From: the human T2T-CHM13v2.0 reference genome, Homo sapiens
Strand: one strand, 5' to 3'
Length of the DNA stretch: 64,000 bases
Assembly: GCF_009914755.1 (NCBI RefSeq)
Contig: NC_060941.1
Shown: positions 57,492 through 64,000 of the stretch, piece by piece
Layout of the letters: every line of letters starts with the position of its first letter
Position numbering within the stretch: the first letter of the stretch is position 1
Position numbers and translations under genes: made by a program
Notes under the pieces: generated by a model
Seen by the model: the letters and a program-made list of their open reading frames with translations, nothing else
The model's database searches: none
Told to the model about the DNA's origin: nothing

Positions 57492-58199
57492 GATACTGCT
57501 GCTGCATAACAGGATTTGAAGCTTCTATCTTACACATAGTACTTTTTAGTTACCTGGTATAGGAGATTATCATGAGAGGACTGTTTTTTTTTTTATTTAC
57601 AGGTAATTTCTGAACAGGGAATTAGCACAAAATTTTTTAAAACAGTAAATATTGATATCTACATGAAAGCTGATGTATTTTAGGAATTTTTTAAATCTTT
57701 TTTTTTTTTATTTTGTAGGTTGTTTTTGTTTTAGCCTGTTGAGAGAGTCTGCAAATAAATTTAATGAGTAGTCTAAAAACTAACTTTTTTTTGATTGCTA
57801 TATCCTAGCTCTTTTATCTTTGGCTCTCTTCTCCTTATTAGGATGTGAAGTAATTCTCAGGAGAGGAAATGCATCTAGTTTTTACTTGATATCAAGGACT
57901 CTAAATCACTGGCTTCAGTTTTATGTAAACTGGAAATGTAAGGAAGTTGGTATTTTGGATGGTATTTTGGCTGGATTCTACTTGATGAGTGTTTGACCCA
58001 AGGTGCTCCTTATATCTGGAAAACATTTGGGATTGCTGATAGTTTGGGAAACTAAATTTGTGGTTCTATTTCTTCAAGACACAGATAGTGTCGTTTCCAC
58101 CTGATACTCATTAAATATCAGTTTGACAAGAAATACATTTTGAAATTATGTTCTTCATTTCCTTCAATGTGGAGTACTAACTGTGTTTCTGTCCTTTAG

Positions 58200-58299
58200 G
58201 CATGTGATTGTGAGGACCTCTCCCAATCACAGGTACACATTTACACTGAAGACACATCCATCGGTGGTTCCAGGGAGCATTGCATTCAGTTTACCTCAG
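58200..58299 (+). CDS. NSF: NSF exon 3 (100 nt): [33 protein letters not shown]
   Basis: gtcctttag|GCATGTG...CCTCAG|gtaact. In frame with exon 2. Confidence 0.95.
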
Positions 58300-58454
58300 G
58301 TAACTCAGATGTTAATTTGTTCTCTTCTGTTTTTGAAAGTCATAGAATATGAATAATCTGTTCATTTTAAGCAAGCATCACCCTGTGACTGTATTGATTC
58401 ATATTGAAGAAAAATATCTAAGTATTATATAAGGAATTTAAAGATACAGTCTTC

Positions 58455-58747
58455 TTTTTTTTTTTTTCTTTTTTTTTTTTAAGACAGGGTCTCGTTCTGA
58501 GACCCAGGCTGGAGTGCAGTGGCACGATCATGGCTCCTGGTCTCAAGCAATTCTCATACCTCAGTCTCCCGAGTAGCTGAGACTACAGTCTTGTACCACT
58601 GTGCCTGACTAATTTTAAAATTTTTTGTAGAGATGGTGTCTTAACTGTGTTGCCCAAGCTGGTCTTTAACTCTTGGGCTCAAGTAATCCTCCCACCTTGG
58701 CCTCTCAAAGTGCTGGGATTATAGGGTGTGAATCATCATGCCCAACC
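58455..58747 (-). mobile_element. Alu (J-like)
   Basis: Antisense Alu ~155 nt downstream of NSF exon 3. Confidence 0.88.
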
Positions 58748-59307
58748 TAAAGACAGATTCTTAATTGCCAGTTTTTGCTATGGCTGCCTTCTTTTGGCTT
58801 GATTTTTTTTCCCTAATTTTTAAAGATTTTGCAGTAAAATCAGTCAGCTATCACATAAAGCGTCAAGTTATTTTAATGTTAACTGCCAGGGTAATAGAAA
58901 AGTAGAAAACATTTTATTTGTGAAGTTGATATCTAAGAATGGTGATTTTATAATGTGATGGCGTTATACTAAAGAATTTGGAAAGAGTCTCAAATTACAA
59001 CATAATTTGCTAGGCTCCCATAACAACTGGATGGGTTGTGATTACAGTTACAACTGTTGATGGATTCTGTAGAATCCAGAGAATTAGATTGCTTAGTGCT
59101 GTCCCAGGCACATCATACATAATATAAAGCACCAAGAATACTAGTCTGTATCCTCTTCTCCCTTATCATTTTACTCAGGCTGCTGACTGTCCCCAGTCCT
59201 AAGTAATGTAAATGGAATTCCTACCTCCTCCTAGTATGCTAATGAGCATTGGTTGACTTCCCTGAAGGTTTAGAGAAAGAGATCAAACACTCATTTAAGA
59301 ACTATTA

Positions 59308-59920
59308 GGCTGGGTGCAATGACTCATGCTGGTAATCCCAGCACTTTGGGAGGCCAAAGCTGGTGGATCACTTGAGTCCAGGAGTTCAAGACCAGTGGGC
59401 AACGTGGCGAAACCCCACCTCTACTAAAAATATAAAAATTAGCTGAGTGTGGTGGTGCATGCCTGTAGTCCTAACTTCTTGAGGGGCTGAGGCAGGAGGA
59501 TCACTTGAGCCCGGGAAGTTGAGGCTGCAGTGAGGCGAGATAGTGCCACTGTACTCTAGCCTAGGTGACAAAGTGAGACCCTGTTTAAAAAAGAAAAAAA
59601 CAAAAACAAAAACTATTAGATGGGCCAGGTACCTCACGCTTGTAATCCTAGTGCTTTGGGAGGTGGAGGAGGATCGCTTGAGACCAAGAATTCCAGATCA
59701 GCATAGCGAGACCCTTGTCCCCCGCACTAGTCTCTACAAAAAAAAAAATTTTTTTTAATTAGCTGGGCATGGTGGCACATGCCTGTAGTCCAGGCTACCT
59801 GGGAGGCTGAGGTTGGGAGGATCACTTGAGCCTAGGAAGTCGAGGCTGTAGTGAGCTATGATTGTGCCACCATGCTCCAGCCTTTGCTCCAGAGTGAGAT
59901 TCTGTCTCTTAAAAAAAAGG
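59308..59920 (+). mobile_element. Two tandem Alus (J-like)
   Basis: Alu bodies at 59308-59610 and 59623-59920. Confidence 0.87.
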
Positions 59921-60293
59921 GAAAAAAAAGGAACTATTGAAGATCTCTTGAAGCCCTCAAAAATTACAGGAAATTTTCACTTACTATTCCACCTGTCTGT
60001 TTGATGCCTCTTCATTATCCAGACCACTTTCACGTTTGTTTCTATAGATTAAAAGTTTGGGATATTCCAGGGTTCTCCAGCTTTTACAGAGTTCCATTTG
60101 GGATTCTGATTGTTAGCAATAGCTTGAGGTGTGACAGTTTCTCCTTGTCTCTGTTTTGTAAAAAAAAAAAAAAAAATTTCCCCGACATTCACTGTAGGCC
60201 AGCCTCTATTCTAGGTACTTTGGCATGTGTTAGCTCATTTAATTCTCCAAACAACCTTATACAATAGCTACTGTTGTTATCCCTAAGGACTGT

Positions 60294-60657
60294 TGTATTA
60301 GTCCATTTTCATACTGCTATGAAGAAATTCTGGAGACTGGATAATTTATAAGGAAAAATGAGATTTCATGGACTCACAGTTCCACATGGCTGCAGAGGCC
60401 TCACAATCATGGTGGAAGGCGAAGGAGGAGCAAAGTCATGTCTTACATGGCGGCAGACAAGAGAGCGTGTGCAGGGGAACTGCCCTTTATAAAACCATCA
60501 GATCTTCTGAGACTTACTCACTATCATGAAAACAGCATGGGAAAACCCACACCCATGATTCAGTTACCTCCCACTGGGTCTCTCCCATAACACATAGGGA
60601 TTATGGAAACTACAATTTAAGATGAGATTTGGGTGGGGGCAAAGCCAAACCATATCA
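60294..60657 (-). mobile_element. THE1B/C solo LTR (MaLR)
   Basis: tgtattagtccattttcatactgct...ggactcacagttccacatggctg...gccaaaccatatca; 5-bp TSD actgt/gctgt. Confidence 0.93.
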
Positions 60658-61439
60658 GCTGTCTTTGGGATTGAAGTACAGAACCTAAATGTGGCTTCCT
60701 TGTGACTTAAAGTCTAAGCTTAACGAGCATGGTGCTAAATTTCAGGTTGGCCAGAAGTGGGATGGGGTTTTACAGAAGAGGTCTTCTGGGGGAGGTGAAG
60801 GGCAGAGTGGAGGGAAACAGGATGTGGTAAGAAAGCCACAAGGGAGAGCACTTGTTGCACATATTCACAGTTCAGTGTCTTCTAAATTACCCGCCACAAA
60901 GTCTGCAGTGTTTGGATGGGCAGGTGAACTACTGATTTTCAACCAAAAATTGTTTTTCTCATTGTTCTTTGGAGTGTTATCAGTAATTACTAATTTTGAA
61001 TCTATACCAAGCAAACCCCAGATTCCTGCCTAAACACAATCTGGCCTGCCTTCATACTTCTTGCCATTGTAAACAGTAGGGATTTGGGAAAGCCTGAAAT
61101 CTAGCTGTAAATGTCTAAAAATCTTCTGGCTAGTATACAAAGAGTAGCCATGACCATCTAATGATTTCAGTCCCTGACTGGGTTTCAAAATAGATTTTCT
61201 GACCAGTTTTAATTTAGTCTTCATGAATTGAATGTCTTCCTTTTTGAGATACTGTAACAAACAGTAAAACTAACTGCAGCAGTACATTTAGAACACTGAA
61301 GTGTGATCTGATACAGTGAAGACCTTCTGTAGCATCATATTGCGCAAAGGAACATCCTCCTCAGTGGTGCCAGCTTTACTGCAAAAGGCAAGCTTTGCAC
61401 GTTTTGAAACAGATGTTCAGATGTAAACTGTAGCACATG

Positions 61440-61885
61440 CTTTACTTTCCTAGGGTAAGTAACAAAGAACCATTACTGGGTAGCTTAAAACAACAGAGAT
61501 TTATTCTGTCACCGTTGTGGAGGCCGGAAGTCTGAAATCAAGGTGTCAGTAGAGCTATTCCCTCTCTGAAGGCTCTAGGGAAGAACCTGTTCTGTGCTTA
61601 GCTTCTGGTGTTGCCGGCAATCCTTTGGTGTTCCTTGGCTGTAGCTGCATCATTTCAATTTCTGCCTCTGCTATCACATGATGGCATTCTGTCTGTGTGT
61701 CTATGTCTCTTTCTTAGAAGGACACCAGTCATATCGGCTTAGGGTTCACCCTAATTCATTATGACCTCATGTTAACTTGATACATTTGCAGAGATTGTAT
61801 TTCTAAATAAAGTCACATCCACAGGTGTTGGGGGCTAAGACTTCAACATACTTTGGAGGGGGAGAGCACAGTTCAACCATAATAG
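61440..61885 (-). mobile_element. MLT1C-like MaLR LTR
   Basis: gcttaaaacaacagagatttattct...gaagtctgaaatcaaggtgtcag...ctctgaaggctctagggaagaa...aaggacaccagtcat. Confidence 0.85.
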
Positions 61886-61997
61886 CATACCATGTTTTGA
61901 TCTTTGAGTGTATTCCTAAAATTCATTAAAATTCCTCTTTTTCTCTTGTCTAATTTTGATGGCTTTGGTTTTAAGTATCTTTTTTTCTCCTTTACAG

Positions 61998-62037
61998 AGA
62001 AAATGGGCTGGGCTTTCTATTGGGCAAGAAATAGAAG
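61998..62037 (+). CDS. NSF: NSF exon 4 (40 nt): RKWAGLSIGQEIE(V)
   Basis: ttctcctttacag|AGAAAATGG...ATAGAAG|gtaggt. In frame; gene continues beyond the window. Confidence 0.95.
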
Positions 62038-62646
62038 GTAGGTATATTTTTTAGCCACCTGATAAAGATTTTCTATGTGATTTTCTCACAGTTATTGAGA
62101 TCTGTACAATTTTCTATTACTAGTGGTCAGATCTTAAACATTCATTGTATCAGAAGACTGGTTACATCTATGAGAATGGGAAGGAAATAGTTATGGTACC
62201 TCTGTTCCTATATCTTTTATGAAGTGTGTGATAAGGTCGTCATAGTTCAAGGCAAGGAAAGCAATTTATGACTTCCAGTTGGGGGCGTGGCGGGGTGGAA
62301 AGACTAAGCTGCTAATAGATAATAAGCCAAAGAACTAATAAGCAAAAAGTGGCATTGTCTCAGGCAATGTGGCAAAGTTAGGAAATGGAGTATGAGTCGT
62401 CTTTAGTCAGATGATTTTATGTCAACTTCATGGATACAGTAGGGGAAGGAAAGAAAATGCAAGTGTAATTAAACCAGCTTTTCTTCTGCTTGTCTTTAAA
62501 ACTTAAAAAAAAATTGTATTTATAGAAAGGTTGCAAAAATAATACGAAGAATTTCTGTATACTACCTTTACCCAGCTTTACCAATTGTCATATTTTCTTT
62601 ATCATTCTGGCTCCCTGTCTTCCTCTCTGGGTCTCTGTCTCTCTCT

Positions 62647-62648
<2 letters not shown>

Positions 62649-62709
<61 letters not shown>
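62649..62709. repeat. (CA)n microsatellite, ~30 units
   Basis: Direct reading. Confidence 0.97.
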
Positions 62710-62710
<1 letters not shown>

Positions 62711-62761
62711 CTTTTATCCTACTCCTCATTTAGGAACCTGACAACTTGTAATTTTTTCTAA

Positions 62762-63088
<327 letters not shown>

Positions 63089-64000
63089 AACATTGGTGTT
63101 ATTTTTAGTTAGCTTTTTCTTTGTGGAAGTATGAACACTTGTTAAATTTAATGAGAAAGTGGGGTAGTATGTAGCTTAGGTTTCTAATTTTCATAAATTA
63201 ATTTTTCTAAATATGAGGCTAAGAGTACTTAAAACTTTGAATCTAGATATTTTCTATTGTGACAAGATACAGAAATTCAAGATTATAAATTTTGATGAGT
63301 TGAGAAATGTGTTTTGCGGTTTAAGTTATAAAAGCATTCTTCTGCTAACAGAAATGCTTATCTGGATTGTAAAGTCAGATCTTTAAAGAAGTGGCTCAAA
63401 CAGACTTAATAAGCAAAATTGTAAAACCCAGTGATAGGTGGGACTAAAGTGGAGTAAGCTTGAGGGAAGGTAGGGTTTTGGGGCCCAAGTGATGTGGATG
63501 ATGTAGCCATAAAGATAGAAAACTGGTTTGGTTTAAGTAGTGATGTAGACCAAGATAGGATAGGAGGTGTGGTTTGAAGGAGTGCTCAAGTATTCTGGAA
63601 TGGGAGTTCCGTAAGGTGAAACATTTTAGTCAAATCAGTGATTTTAGTCTGAGGGAATCTTCTGGAGGAATCATTTAGTCGGTCTTCTTTCCATCTGGCA
63701 ATGCCATATTTTAAGTGTTACAGGCTAATGTTTTGACCACTATATATACACCTATTATTGTAAAGTCCAAGTTTATTCAAAGAACTGGATACACTTATTT
63801 TTTGCTTATAAAATCTTTCTTATTAGTCTTTTATATTAAATTACTATTAGCCGTAAAATAAGAAAACATTCTCAATCTTCTTTGATCCAGGATGAAATCT
63901 TCAGGACTCTTGTCCCTTTGGGACTGACCATGGTGCTGACTGTGGTGCTGCCTGGGATACTGTCCATGGTGCTGCCCATAGCACTTGAAATTGTAACAGT

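Overview
Human (primate) genomic DNA, very Alu-rich, matching the 17q21.31 segmental-duplication block. Two genes lie head-to-head about 11 kb apart, each with its own CpG-island promoter. On the minus strand is the 5' part of ARL17A/B, a degenerate class I ARF (Arf2-like): non-coding exon 1 ending at 11172, then coding exons 7743-7890 and 2327-2437. On the plus strand are exons 1-4 of NSF or its near-identical partial duplicate NSFP1 (22366-22377, 55831-55916, 58200-58299, 61998-62037), which splice with canonical GT-AG sites into an intact N-domain frame. The paralogous copy (ARL17A-NSF or ARL17B-NSFP1) cannot be determined by eye. The rest is mostly Alu, L1, L2, MIR, LTR and DNA-transposon fossils, and most ORFs in the supplied track are repeat-derived. 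Repeat family calls are from recalled consensus sequences and their boundaries are approximate. I found no clearly new biological system. The best leads are the GTPase-motif substitutions in ARL17, an in-frame upstream ATG for NSF, a stop-free exon 2-3 circRNA configuration, a candidate uORF-bearing cassette exon in ARL17 intron 1, and a chimeric GC-rich insert with tandem CTCF-like motifs in NSF intron 1.
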